The notes under the pieces: generated by a model
The model's database searches: none
Seen by the model: only the letters and a program-made list of their open reading frames with translations
Told to the model about the DNA's origin: nothing
Made by a program: the position numbers and the translations under genes
DNA from: Burkholderiales bacterium
GTDB lineage: Bacteria > Pseudomonadota > Gammaproteobacteria > Burkholderiales > Burkholderiaceae_C
Reading direction: 5' to 3'
NCBI GenBank assembly: GCA_031389565.1
Contig: JANMSR010000254.1
Span: 1 to 52,777, forward strand
DNA: 52,777 bases
Shown: in pieces, positions 29,401 to 38,035 of the stretch
How positions within the stretch are numbered: position 1 is the stretch's first letter
Layout of the letters: the number at the start of each line of letters is the position of its first letter

Positions 29401-30574
29401 CGCGCGCGGCCACTTGCGCCATCACGCCCAAATCCAGCCGGTCGGCGTTGAGCTCGCCGCCGGTGAAGGCGATCGCCTGCGGCGCCGCTGCTGCGGCCTG
29501 GCGCAGCGCGAGCGCGAAGTTGCTGTGCGGCCAGACCACGCCGTCGGCGGTCGCAAAACGCAGGCCTTCGGCGACCAGTTTCATCTGCCCGTCGCTGCGT
29601 TCGGCGCTGACCCGGCCCTGCAACTGCGTGATGGCCAGCGGCTGTGCGCTGGCGGCCAGCCGCAGAGCGACTGAGCGCAATGCGAGATCGGCGGTGGCGG
29701 CTTGCGGCTGGCCTTGGCGCACGTCGATCCAGGCGCGCACGGCGCCCTCGCCTGCGCTGACTTCAAAGGGCAGGGTGACGTAATGCCGCAGCGCGGCGAC
29801 ATCGGTGCGCGGCAGCGCGGCATGCAGGGTGCCGCTCCAGCGTCGCCAGTCGCCGCGGGCGTCGAGCAAGGACTGCGTGAAGCGGCCCTGCAACGTGAAG
29901 CGCTCGCCCCAGGCCGCGGGCGGTGTCGCATCGAGCCGCAAGTCGTGGCCACGCAGGCCGTTGCGCACCACCAAGTCGACGTTTTCCAACTCGAGGGCGG
30001 GCGCATGTCGTTGTTCGTCAACCCAGCGCAGCCGGCCGTTGCGGACCACGAACTCGTGTTGCGCGAAGAACCAGTCGGCAGCGCTGCCGTTGGCGTCGGT
30101 GCCGCCGGGCGGGATCTCGATGCCGGCGACGAAGAAGCGGCCGGCGACGTCGCGGCGCACCTCAAGCGACGCGCCGTCGATGTGCAATTGCTCGAAGCGC
30201 AGCTCGAACGCCAGCAGCGAACGTGCCGACAGCGCGGCGCTGACCTTGGGCAGGCGCAGGGCCTCGCGCCGCTGACGGTCCTGCAGCACCACATCGCTCA
30301 TCTCGATGGAAGGCACCCAGCCGGCCGAGCGGACCCGAATCGCGCCTATGGTCACGGGTACGCCGAGCGCGCTGCTGGCGCGGGCCTCGATCTGCGGGCG
30401 CCATTGTTCGATGCGAGGCAGAATCCCCCAATGCAGCGTCAACCATGCCAGCAGCAATAAGCTCCAGGCCCCGAAGAGCAAGCCGAACGCGATGCGCCAG
30501 AGCCAGCGCAGCACAGGGTGCCGGCGTCGGTCGACGAAGGGAGCAGCAGGGGCGACAGCGGGCGCGAAGGACAC
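26444..30574 (-). CDS. yhdP: YhdP family (AsmA-like, TIGR02099-type) large envelope protein
   Basis: An ORF of about 1400 aa with an N-terminal TM (RWLWRIAFGLLFGAWSLLLLAWL). Its size, and its position next to glnE and a C-N hydrolase, fit this family. The start is uncertain: GTG at 30574 was chosen, the track ORF opens at TTG 30745 and would overlap glnE, and GTG before LRWLW is also possible. Confidence 0.8.
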   Translation of the reverse strand: MSFAPAVAPAAPFVDRRRHPVLRWLWRIAFGLLFGAWSLLLLAWLTLHWGILPRIEQWRPQIEARASSALGVPVTIGAIRVRSAGWVPSIEMSDVVLQDRQRREALRLPKVSAALSARSLLAFELRFEQLHIDGASLEVRRDVAGRFFVAGIEIPPGGTDANGSAADWFFAQHEFVVRNGRLRWVDEQRHAPALELENVDLVVRNGLRGHDLRLDATPPAAWGERFTLQGRFTQSLLDARGDWRRWSGTLHAALPRTDVAALRHYVTLPFEVSAGEGAVRAWIDVRQGQPQAATADLALRSVALRLAASAQPLAITQLQGRVSAERSDGQMKLVAEGLRFATADGVVWPHSNFALALRQAAAAAPQAIAFTGGELNADRLDLGVMAQVAARVPLGAALAKLLAELAPTGQVSALTARWDGALDAPSRYQVKASVAGLAIAAAPSPEPGGVGRPGWRNAAIDLDANEAGGKARLVLDKGALVLPGVLEQAELSFDTFSTQLAWRIRAAAEAGAPPALEVTLADTRFANADAQGELSVARWQTGIATGTASGVGSGHGRSARLPGRLEMAGSLSRGRAAAVARYLPLGVHDAARRYVRHAVVDGRVASATFKVKGDLWAFPFAAAASARAAHASGEFRITARAEDVTLAYVPSTPDWVSPWPAFTRVNGELVFDRNAMEIRNASARVFGVELTRVNGAIPDLAHPVLRIEGQGRGPLADLLRYANATPVGGWTGHALRESSATGDAELNLKLEIPINAVARTTAQGRVVFAGNDVRLGPTTPLLAGARARVDFSQQGFSIAGGSARVLGGDATFDGGAQPDGSLRFVGQGVASAEALRRAPELGALSRLAGHLSGQTPYRLALGIVRGHPEFTLTSPLTGLAIDLPAPLKKAAEAAWPLRAESRLAVTAAGEPARDTLRVELGNVAQAQYQRDLSRDTPQVQRGAIAVLDALPPLPERGVHAVLNLPAIDADAWQALADRLQGTQPGAAAGVDDGYLPRTVALRAQALISGGRKLTRLVAGVSQDSADATWRGNLDADQLGGYIEYRAALGAANPGRVYARLARLALPPADAESVENLLVQAPASVPALDIVVDDFELRGKKFGRVEIEAVNRAAEGGAREWRMSRFGVSNPAAQLTGSGQWQPGAGPGRQRMVMDFKLELADSGTALERMGFGGTLRGGKGRMIGQLSWAGSPLSLHVPSLDGRLTLALDAGQFLKAGPGAGRLLSVLNLQALPRRLLLDFRDVFQEGFAFDNVTGDVTIDDGVASTNNLRMRGVQAAVLMEGSADIARETQHLRVLVVPEINAGTASLAYAVINPAVGLGSFLAQMFLRRPLMAAGTREFTVQGSWADPKVERVERRLDAPLPDLDPPAPASAPRQ

Positions 30575-30732
30575 GGTGGGGGGCGTTGAGCGGCAAGGCA
30601 ACCGGCGGTGAACGGCTGCGCCGCGGGCGCGGCCGATCACTGCAACGGCTGAACGCGCCGAAGTGCCGACAGCGCTGCGTGGCGGGCCGGGCCAATCTAG
30701 CACAGGGTCACTGACAGACCGCCAACGCCGCC

Positions 30733-33495
30733 ATGGGTTCCGCAACCACCGCCAACAGCCTCCCGGTCAGCGCCGCGCCGGCCGCGGCCGACCACAGCCG
30801 CTTCGTGCAGCGCGTGCGGCGGCGCCATGCCGATGATTTGGCGCTGCTGCCACCGGGCCTGCCCGATGTGGGCGCCATCAGTGCCTTGGTGACACGCATC
30901 CAGGCCGGCGGTCGCACCCTGCCGGCCGCGCTGCGGGTGGCCCGCCAGTTGGTGCTGGAGCGGTTGGCGGTGCTGGATATCGAGCAAGCCGCGTCGTTGC
31001 ACGACGTGACCGCCGCGATGACCGCGCTGGCCGAGGCCACGCTGGAGCTGGCGCTGGTGCGGGCGCAGGCCGAAGCCGATGCACGCCACGGCGCGCCGAT
31101 GGCCGCCGACGGCCGGCGCATCGAGTTCTGGATCGTCGGCATGGGCAAGCTCGGCGCGCGCGAGCTCAACGTGTCGTCGGACATCGACCTGATCTATGTC
31201 TATGAAGAGTCCGGCCAGACCGATGGTGCCCAGCCGATCTCTGCGCACGAGTACTTCAGCAAGGTGGCGCGCAGCCTGTATGCGCTGATCGGCGACAGCA
31301 CCGACGACGGCTTCGTCTTTCGCGTCGACCTGGCGCTGCGCCCCAATGGCAACTCCGGCCCGCCGGTGGTCAGCCTGGCGATGCTCGAGGAGTACTTCCA
31401 GGTCCAGGGCCGCGAGTGGGAGCGATTCGCCTGGCTGAAGAGCCGCGTCGTCGCGCCCCGCGCGGCAGTCACCAGCGGCCGCGCGCTGGCGCTGCGCTCG
31501 CTGGTCGCGCCCTTCGTCTACCGGCGCTATCTCGACTACGGCGTGTTCGAGGGCCTGCGCCAGTTGCACGCCAAGATCCGCGAGGAAGCCCAGCGCCGCG
31601 CCGCCGGCCGGCCCGAGCGCAGCAACGACGTGAAGCTCTCGCGCGGCGGCATCCGCGAGATCGAGTTCATCGTCCAGTTGCTGCTGGTGGTGCGCGGTGG
31701 CCAGTTCCCCGAGATCCGTACCCGCTCGACGCTGCGCGCCTTGCAGCGCCTGGCTGCGCGCGGCCTGATGAAGCCGGCTGCGGCCGATGCGCTGGGCGCG
31801 GCCTACACCTTCCTGCGCCGTGTCGAGCACCGCATCCAGTACCTCGACGATCAGCAGACCCACCTGTTGCCCGTGGCCGATGGCGACCTGGGCTGGATCG
31901 CGCAGTCACTCGGCCTGGCGTGCAATGCCGATGCCTGCGAACTGCTCGACCGCCTGGGCGCCGTGCGCGAATTGGTGGCCACCGAATTCGACGCGCTGCT
32001 GCACGACGGCCAGGCTGCGCCCGCCGTCGGCAATGGCAACAGCCCTTGCAAGACCTGTGGCCCGGGGCCCTTGCCGATCGATGACGAAGCCTTTCTCGAA
32101 CGTCTGCCCGCGGCGCTGGCCGAGCGCACGCGTGCCTGGGCCGCACAGCCGCGGGTGCAAGCGCTGCGTGACATCAGCAAGCTGCGTCTGGCCCGCCTGG
32201 TGCAGCGCGCGGCCGAGTGCGTCGAAAGCGGGCGTTGCAGCGCCGATGCCGCCCTGCGCCTGATCGACTGGATGGAGCCGCTGCTGCGCCGCGAGAGCTA
32301 CCTCGCACTGCTGGTGGAGCGGCCCGAAGTCCAGAATCGACTGCTCGGCCTGCTCGGTCTGGCGCGCTGGCCGATGCGCTACCTGATGCAGCACCCCGGC
32401 GTGATCGACGAGCTGGCCGATGCGCGGTTGCTGCACGGCCGCTTCGACCGCGCGGCCTTCATCGCCGAGATGGACGAGCGCCATGCCGCCTGGCACCGCT
32501 CGGGCGAAGCCGGTGAAGAAGCGCTGCTCGACACGCTGCGCCGCGCCCACCATGCCGAGGTCTTTCGCACCCTGGTGCGCGACGTCGAAGGCCACACCAC
32601 GGTCGAGCAGGTGGCCGACGACCTGTCGGCGCTGGCCGACGCGGTGCTCGACTGCACGTTGCGCTGGGCCTGGGCGCATCTCAAGCAGCGCCACCGAGAG
32701 ACGCCGCAGTTCGCCGTCATCGCCTACGGCAAGCTCGGCGGCAAGGAGCTCGGCTACGGCAGCGACCTGGACGTGGTGTTCCTGTTCGACGACCACGACG
32801 AGCCCGACGCCGACCGCGCGGTCGAGGTCTACGGCGCTTTCGCGCGCAAGCTGATCACCTGGCTGACGCTGCGCACTGCGGCCGGCGAGCTGTTCGACAT
32901 CGACACCGCGTTGCGCCCGAATGGCAATTCGGGCCTGCTGGTGACCTCGCTCGCGGCGTTCGACCAGTACCAGCGCGGCCGGGGCAGCAACACCGCCTGG
33001 ACCTGGGAACACCAGGCCCTCACGCGCGCACGCTGCTGCGCCGGCACGCCGGCACTGGCCGAACGCTTCGAGGCGGTGCGCCGCGCCGTGCTGGCCGCGC
33101 CGCGCAACCCCGCCGCGCTGCGCCAGGAGGTGCAGGCGATGCGCGACAAGGTCCGCGCCGCACGGCCGGTCAAGTCCGGTTCATTCGACGTCAAGCACAG
33201 CGCGGGCGGCATGATGGACGCCGAGTTCGCCGTGCAACTTCTCGTGCTCGCCCATGCCGCGGCACACCCCGCGTTGCAGGCCAATGCCGGCAACATCGCG
33301 CTGCTGCAACGTGCCGAAACCTGCGGTCTGCTGCCCGCCGGCGTCGGTAGCGCCGCGGCGAATGCCTACCGCGAACTGCGCCGCGCCCAGCACCGGGCGC
33401 GCCTGGATGAACGACCGACGCAGTTCCCCGTCGAGACACTGGCGACCGAACGCGACGCCGTGCTCGCGCTGTGGCGCGCCGTGTTCGCGACCTAG
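30733..33495 (+). CDS. glnE: Bifunctional glutamine synthetase adenylyltransferase/adenylyl-removing enzyme
   Basis: 920 aa with two nucleotidyltransferase cores, GKLGARELNVSSDIDLIYVY and GKLGGKELGYGSDLDVVFLF. Confidence 0.95.
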   Translation: MGSATTANSLPVSAAPAAADHSRFVQRVRRRHADDLALLPPGLPDVGAISALVTRIQAGGRTLPAALRVARQLVLERLAVLDIEQAASLHDVTAAMTALAEATLELALVRAQAEADARHGAPMAADGRRIEFWIVGMGKLGARELNVSSDIDLIYVYEESGQTDGAQPISAHEYFSKVARSLYALIGDSTDDGFVFRVDLALRPNGNSGPPVVSLAMLEEYFQVQGREWERFAWLKSRVVAPRAAVTSGRALALRSLVAPFVYRRYLDYGVFEGLRQLHAKIREEAQRRAAGRPERSNDVKLSRGGIREIEFIVQLLLVVRGGQFPEIRTRSTLRALQRLAARGLMKPAAADALGAAYTFLRRVEHRIQYLDDQQTHLLPVADGDLGWIAQSLGLACNADACELLDRLGAVRELVATEFDALLHDGQAAPAVGNGNSPCKTCGPGPLPIDDEAFLERLPAALAERTRAWAAQPRVQALRDISKLRLARLVQRAAECVESGRCSADAALRLIDWMEPLLRRESYLALLVERPEVQNRLLGLLGLARWPMRYLMQHPGVIDELADARLLHGRFDRAAFIAEMDERHAAWHRSGEAGEEALLDTLRRAHHAEVFRTLVRDVEGHTTVEQVADDLSALADAVLDCTLRWAWAHLKQRHRETPQFAVIAYGKLGGKELGYGSDLDVVFLFDDHDEPDADRAVEVYGAFARKLITWLTLRTAAGELFDIDTALRPNGNSGLLVTSLAAFDQYQRGRGSNTAWTWEHQALTRARCCAGTPALAERFEAVRRAVLAAPRNPAALRQEVQAMRDKVRAARPVKSGSFDVKHSAGGMMDAEFAVQLLVLAHAAAHPALQANAGNIALLQRAETCGLLPAGVGSAAANAYRELRRAQHRARLDERPTQFPVETLATERDAVLALWRAVFAT

Positions 33496-33511
33496 CGCGT
33501 TGGCTTTGGCC

Positions 33512-34102
33512 ATGCACCCGGCGCCGCACGCTTGGGCCCGCTTCGCGATCGGCCTGGCGTTCGGCGCGCTGGTGCTGTGGCCTGCACCACGCGACGCGCT
33601 GGACTGGCAGCCGCAGCTCGCGCTGTCGCAGCCATGGCGCATTTGGACCGCGGCCTTCGTGCACCTGAGCCCGCTGCACCTGCAGGTCAACCTGCTCGGC
33701 TGCGCGGTCGTGGCTGCCTTCGGCATTGCGGCCCAGTTGCCGCGACACGCGACCTGGGCCTGGCTGGCCGCCTGGCCGCTCGCCCACGCGGCGCTGGCGC
33801 TACAGCCGCTGCTGCTCCACTACGGCGGCCTGTCGGGTGTGCTGCACGCCGGCGTGGCCATCGCCGCCCTGCACCTGGCGTGGCGCGAGCGGGGCCGGCG
33901 CCTTGCGGTCGGCTGGGCGGTGCTGGTCGGCCTGGGCGTGAAGTTGGCCCTCGAAGGACCTTGGCTCGGGCCGACGCAGGTGAGCGCCGGGTGGGACATC
34001 CCCATTGCGCCGCTGGCCCATCTGACCGGTGCCGCCAGCGGGTTGTTGTGCGGCGCTGTCGCCCAGGTGATCGCGGGCCGTCGGGTCTCCAACCTGGGAT
34101 AG
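33512..34102 (+). CDS. Rhomboid family intramembrane serine protease (rhombosortase-sized)
   Basis: 196 aa from ATG 33512. Motifs seen: WRIWTAAFVHLSPLHLQVNL, catalytic GGLSGVLHAG (GxSG) and AHLTGAASG (His). About six TM segments. Confidence 0.7.
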   Translation: MHPAPHAWARFAIGLAFGALVLWPAPRDALDWQPQLALSQPWRIWTAAFVHLSPLHLQVNLLGCAVVAAFGIAAQLPRHATWAWLAAWPLAHAALALQPLLLHYGGLSGVLHAGVAIAALHLAWRERGRRLAVGWAVLVGLGVKLALEGPWLGPTQVSAGWDIPIAPLAHLTGAASGLLCGAVAQVIAGRRVSNLG

Positions 34103-34106
34103 GTTC

Positions 34107-35027
34107 ATGGCGACAGGCACGAACGCGGCGGTTGAGCACCGCAAGAAACATCTCGACACTGTCGCGATCGGCTCACTGCTGCTCTGCTGCGTGCTGTGGG
34201 GCCTGAACCAGGTGGCGGCCAAGGTCGCATTGGCAGAGATTGCCCCGTTGACGCAGGCTGCCGCGCGGTCGCTCGGTGCGGCGCTCCTGGTGCTGGCCTG
34301 GGCGCGCTGGCGCGGGATTGCCCTCACGGTGGCCGATGGCACGGTGCGCGGTGGGCTCGCCGCGGGCGCGCTGTTCGCCGCCGAGTTCGCCTGCATCTTC
34401 GTCGGCCTGCAGTTCACCAGTGCATCGCGCATGGTGGTGTTCATCTATCTGGCGCCGTTCGTGGTGGCACTGGGCATGCCCTTCATCGCGCGCGGTGAGC
34501 GCCTGCTGCCGCTTCAGTGGTGCGGGCTGGTGACGGCCTTTGCGGGCGTGGCCTGGGCCTTTGCCGAAGGCTTTGCGCCGGGGGTGTCGGTCGGGCCGCG
34601 GCAGTGGTTGGGGGACGCGCTCGGCGTGGCGGCGGCGCTGCTGTGGGCGGCAACGACTCTGGTCATCCGCGCCACCGCGCTGGCCAGTGCGCCGGCCGAA
34701 AAGACCTTGCTCTACCAACTGGCAGTCTCAGGCGTCTTGCTGGCGCTGGCGGCTGTGCTGGCCGGTGAATCCTGGCCTGCGCAGGTGGGCCGCCTGTCGT
34801 TAGCCTCATTGGCGTTTCAGACGGTCGTGGTCAGCTTCGCCAGCTACCTGCTGTGGTTCTGGCTGGTCCGTCACTACCCGGCCACCCGGCTGGCCGCCTT
34901 CACGTTGCTGACCCCGGTGGCCGGGCTCGCGGCCGGGGTCGGCCTGCTCGGCGAGCCACTGACTATGCGCCTGGGAGTGGCGGTCGCCGCCGTGGCCCTC
35001 GGCCTTGCGGTGGTCAGCCGGCGCTGA
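34107..35027 (+). CDS. DMT superfamily (EamA-like) transporter
   Basis: 306 aa. Ten hydrophobic segments arranged as two repeated halves. Confidence 0.85.
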   Translation: MATGTNAAVEHRKKHLDTVAIGSLLLCCVLWGLNQVAAKVALAEIAPLTQAAARSLGAALLVLAWARWRGIALTVADGTVRGGLAAGALFAAEFACIFVGLQFTSASRMVVFIYLAPFVVALGMPFIARGERLLPLQWCGLVTAFAGVAWAFAEGFAPGVSVGPRQWLGDALGVAAALLWAATTLVIRATALASAPAEKTLLYQLAVSGVLLALAAVLAGESWPAQVGRLSLASLAFQTVVVSFASYLLWFWLVRHYPATRLAAFTLLTPVAGLAAGVGLLGEPLTMRLGVAVAAVALGLAVVSRR

Positions 35028-35055
35028 CTCAAATCACTCATTGCAAGGAGCGACG

Positions 35056-35733
35056 ATGACGATCACGCTGTGCGGCTTTGCGCTGTCGAACTACTACAAC
35101 AAGGTCAAGCTGGTGCTGTTGGAGAAGGGGCTGCCGTTCACTGAAGAACGCATCGCCACGGGCGACAAGGACGCGACAACGCTGGCCGTATCGCCCCTGG
35201 GCAAGGTCCCCTTCATCCGCACCGCGCACGGCACGCTGTGCGAGAGCGGTGCCATCGTCGAGTACCTCGACTCCCTGGCGCCGACGCCGGCCTTGCTGCC
35301 GGCCGACCCCTGGGCCGCGGCCAAGGTGCGCGAGTTGGCGGTGTTCGTCGACCTGCACCTGGAGCTGGTGGCCCGCGAGCTGTATCCGCAGGCGTTCTTC
35401 GGCGCCACGATCGGCGATGCTCAGCAGGCCCGCGTGCGCAAGCTGCTCGACAAGCACATCGTCGGCTTCAAGCAACTGGCGAGGTTTTCGCCCTATGTGG
35501 CGGGTGAATCGTTCACGCTCGCCGACGCTGGGGCCTACGTGTCGTTGCCGCTGGTGGCTCTGGCCAGCAAAATCGTCTACGGCGAAGACCTGCTCCTCGC
35601 GCACGCAGTGGACTGGAAGGGCTACGTCAAGCTCATCGCCCAGCGGCCGTCGGCGCAGCGCGTGGACGCCGACCGCAAAGCCGATCAGGAGCGATCGATC
35701 GCCGCCGCCAAGGCCAAGGGCCGATCAGGCTGA
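35056..35733 (+). CDS. Glutathione S-transferase family protein
   Basis: 225 aa from MTITLCGFALSNYYNKVKLVLLEKGLPF. An AAGGAG SD lies at 35045-35050. Thioredoxin-like N-terminal domain plus a helical C-terminal domain. Confidence 0.85.
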   Translation: MTITLCGFALSNYYNKVKLVLLEKGLPFTEERIATGDKDATTLAVSPLGKVPFIRTAHGTLCESGAIVEYLDSLAPTPALLPADPWAAAKVRELAVFVDLHLELVARELYPQAFFGATIGDAQQARVRKLLDKHIVGFKQLARFSPYVAGESFTLADAGAYVSLPLVALASKIVYGEDLLLAHAVDWKGYVKLIAQRPSAQRVDADRKADQERSIAAAKAKGRSG

Positions 35734-36600
35734 TACAGGCGCGTCGGGCGGCGCCAGCGTACGCAGCAACTCCTTGCGGTAGCGGTTCAACTCCTGCACG
35801 CTGGCGAAGCTGCGCTCCATCAGCAGGCTCATGTTGTGCAGGATGCGCTCGACGACCTTGTTCTCCCACACGGCATCGAACTGGATCTGCTGGTCCAGCC
35901 ATTGCTCGAGCCATTCGGGGTTGGGCAGGCGCGACTGGATGGTGTCGCGCGGGAAGAGCTTGACGTTGACGTGCAGGTTGGTCGGGTGCAGGGCCTGCGC
36001 GGTGCGCCGCGCGCTGGCCATCAGCACGCCGACTTTGGCGAACGCGGCGCGGGCCTCGTCGCCGAACTTGTGCATCGCGCGCTTCATGTAGCGCAGGTAG
36101 GCGCCGCCGTGGCGCGCTTCGTCGCGCGCCAGGGTTTCGTAAATCACCTTGATGACCGGCTCGGAGTGCCACTCGGCGGCACGGCGGTACCAGTGGTTCA
36201 GACGGATCTCGCCGCAAAAATGGAGCATCAGCGTCTCGAGGGCTGGCGCCGGGTCGAACTCGAAACGCACCGCATGCAATTCGGCTTCGGTGGGCACCAG
36301 GTCGGGCCTGAAGCGGCGCAGGTACTCCATCAGCACCAGCGAATGCTTTTGTTCCTCGAAGAACCACACGCTCATGAAGGCCGAGAAGTCGCTGTCGTCG
36401 CGGTTGTCGCGCAGGAACATCTCGGTGGCCGGCAACGCCGCCCATTCGGTGATCGCATTCATTTTGACGGTCTGCGCCTGTTCCTCGCTCAAGTGCGCGG
36501 CGTCAAAGCGTTCCCACGGAATGTCGCGTTCCATACTCCAGCGCACCGATTCGAGCTGGCGGAAGAGTTCGGGATAAAGCATCGTTGGTCCTTGCTCCAT
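35725..36600 (-). CDS. Ferritin-like di-iron protein, acyl-ACP desaturase-like
   Basis: Two ExxH carboxylate motifs, WFFEEQKHS and LARDEARHGGAY. Start is at MEQGPTM (36600) or MLYPEL (36582). It lies 11 nt downstream of the MerR-B12 regulator stop. Confidence 0.75.
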   Translation of the reverse strand: MEQGPTMLYPELFRQLESVRWSMERDIPWERFDAAHLSEEQAQTVKMNAITEWAALPATEMFLRDNRDDSDFSAFMSVWFFEEQKHSLVLMEYLRRFRPDLVPTEAELHAVRFEFDPAPALETLMLHFCGEIRLNHWYRRAAEWHSEPVIKVIYETLARDEARHGGAYLRYMKRAMHKFGDEARAAFAKVGVLMASARRTAQALHPTNLHVNVKLFPRDTIQSRLPNPEWLEQWLDQQIQFDAVWENKVVERILHNMSLLMERSFASVQELNRYRKELLRTLAPPDAPVSA

Positions 36601-36611
36601 ACGCCTCGATT

Positions 36612-37562
36612 CTAGAGAGAAGATGGGACACGCGATTCGCCGCCCCGCGAGCTGGAGGGGTTGCGTTCGTGCCAATCGGCCAGCGCCGAGGGCACTGCTT
36701 CGAGGGTCGACAGGACACGCACGCCTTCGATGGCCCGGCGTTCCAGCACCGGCGCGCTGCCGCCGGCCCACAACGCCACGGCTGGCGACAGCTTGTTTCG
36801 CAACTCTGCCAGTCCCTCGACGATCAGGTGCGGATTGGAGCAACCGGTGTAGCTCAAGGCCACAACTTCGCTGCGCATTGCCGCTGCCGCGCGAACGATG
36901 TCCCACACCGGCGTCTGCACGCCCAGTGAGGTGCAATGGCAGCCCTCCAGCGCCAGCACGGCCTCGGCCATCAGCAGCCCCAGGCCGTGGGGCTCACCTG
37001 GAACGGTGGCCAGCAATACGCGCGGTCGCCCCGCCGTGGCCACGGGCAACTGGTGCAAGGCGTTGCGAACCACCACCTGCACCGACTCGGTATAGAAGTG
37101 CTCTTCAAAGACTTCCAGCCAGCCCTGCATCCAGGCCTCACCGACCTGCATATTCAGCCGCGCCACGACGTCGAGCACGAAGTGGCCCAGCCCGATGCGC
37201 GACAGCGTGCGGGCCATCAGGGTGCGCAAACCGTCGGCATCGTGCTGTCGGATCGCAGCCATGAAGACAACCAGATCGGGTACGCCATGCCCTTGCGCTG
37301 TGGGTTCAGGTGCAGCGGCACGAATGCCTGTCGCCCGCGAGAGATGCTCCAGGTCAGTCGGGGCCATCGCGACGATGCGGCCGGGGCGATGGCCGGCGTC
37401 GAGCAATCGTTTGATCGTGCGCAGGCGCTCAACCTGCTCGAAAGGGTAGCTGCGCTCGCCCAGAGCGTCGCGGTCGGGCACCGGGAACCCGTAGCGGCGC
37501 TCCCAGACGCGTAGCGTGTCCTTGCTCAGGCCTGTGTCGCGCTCAACTGCGGCGATCGACAT
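36612..37562 (-). CDS. MerR family transcriptional regulator with a C-terminal cobalamin-binding domain (LitR/CarH-like)
   Basis: HTH segment IAAVERDTGLSKDTLRVWERRYGFP. B12-binding signature ExHxxG (GEPHGLGL), then ALSYTG, then WAGGSA. Start chosen at MSIAAVE (ATG at 37562). Confidence 0.85.
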   Translation of the reverse strand: MSIAAVERDTGLSKDTLRVWERRYGFPVPDRDALGERSYPFEQVERLRTIKRLLDAGHRPGRIVAMAPTDLEHLSRATGIRAAAPEPTAQGHGVPDLVVFMAAIRQHDADGLRTLMARTLSRIGLGHFVLDVVARLNMQVGEAWMQGWLEVFEEHFYTESVQVVVRNALHQLPVATAGRPRVLLATVPGEPHGLGLLMAEAVLALEGCHCTSLGVQTPVWDIVRAAAAMRSEVVALSYTGCSNPHLIVEGLAELRNKLSPAVALWAGGSAPVLERRAIEGVRVLSTLEAVPSALADWHERNPSSSRGGESRVPSSL

Positions 37563-37673
37563 CGTGATAGGCCTGGCCGAAAAGCTTGCTTCCACCTGCA
37601 TCCCCTGGCGGCGTTGCGCGTAAGTGCCCTGCGAGCGTGCGTACAGAGAGATATTATCGCTCCGACCATCAAG

Positions 37674-37760
37674 TTGTTCTGGACAACAATTGTTCAGATT
37701 GGCAGAGAGCAGGCAATTTCGTCTGATTAAGTCTTAATCACAATCATTTGACTTGGACAA
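37674..37760. promoter_or_regulatory. Candidate operator cluster in the AT-rich divergent control region
   Basis: Perfect palindromes AACAATTGTT (37685-37694) and GATTAAGTCTTAATC (37725-37739). Direct TTGTTC repeats at 37674-79 and 37690-95. TGGACAA at 37680-86 and 37754-60. Confidence 0.45.
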
Positions 37761-37777
37761 TATCTGTGTAGTAACAT
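37748..37777 (+). promoter_or_regulatory. Candidate sigma70-type promoter, TTGACT-N18-TAACAT
   Basis: Hexamers read directly from the sequence. The promoter faces the plus-strand unit that ends at the 38003-38035 terminator. Confidence 0.35.
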
Positions 37778-37779
37778 TT

Positions 37780-38035
37780 TGACCGATGAGTTCAATAATC
37801 GATTTCACCGCAGCGCGTGCGACACACGTCGTTGCAATGTCAACGCCGGAACTTCCCGCCGGCGCGGCAGTCCATACGAAGGTACAGCTTTCATTGTTGC
37901 GCAGCCTGCCAGTTGATCTGGCTGCAATCTCAGAGCGCTTCTCCTCCTCCTCCCTCCCTCCCTCCTTCGCTCCGGGGCGCCGCGCAGCAATCTTTACAGC
38001 CAGGGGTACCGCTCACCGCGGTACCCCTTTTGTTT
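37780..38035 (+). ncRNA. Candidate ~250-nt small RNA or terminated leader with a 31-nt pyrimidine (UCCC/CCUCC) tract
   Basis: It is bounded by the candidate promoter and a strong plus-strand-specific intrinsic terminator. The pure pyrimidine run CTTCTCCTCCTCCTCCCTCCCTCCCTCCTTC lies at 37938-37968. The overlapping 91-codon ORF has no SD and atypical low-GC3 codons, and it contains the terminator. Confidence 0.3.
38003..38035 (+). terminator. Rho-independent terminator
   Basis: GGGGTACCGC-tcacc-GCGGTACCCC followed by TTTTGTTT. There is no U-tract on the opposite strand. Confidence 0.75.

Noticed and set aside
37790-38035. Cobalamin riboswitch next to the B12-binding regulator
   Set aside because: I could not find the conserved B12-box or core elements (GCCACTG, GGTGNGAANCC-type or AGGGAA/GGGAAGGC motifs). 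Only a vague GCCGGAAC...CCCGCC resemblance exists. A cmscan would settle it.
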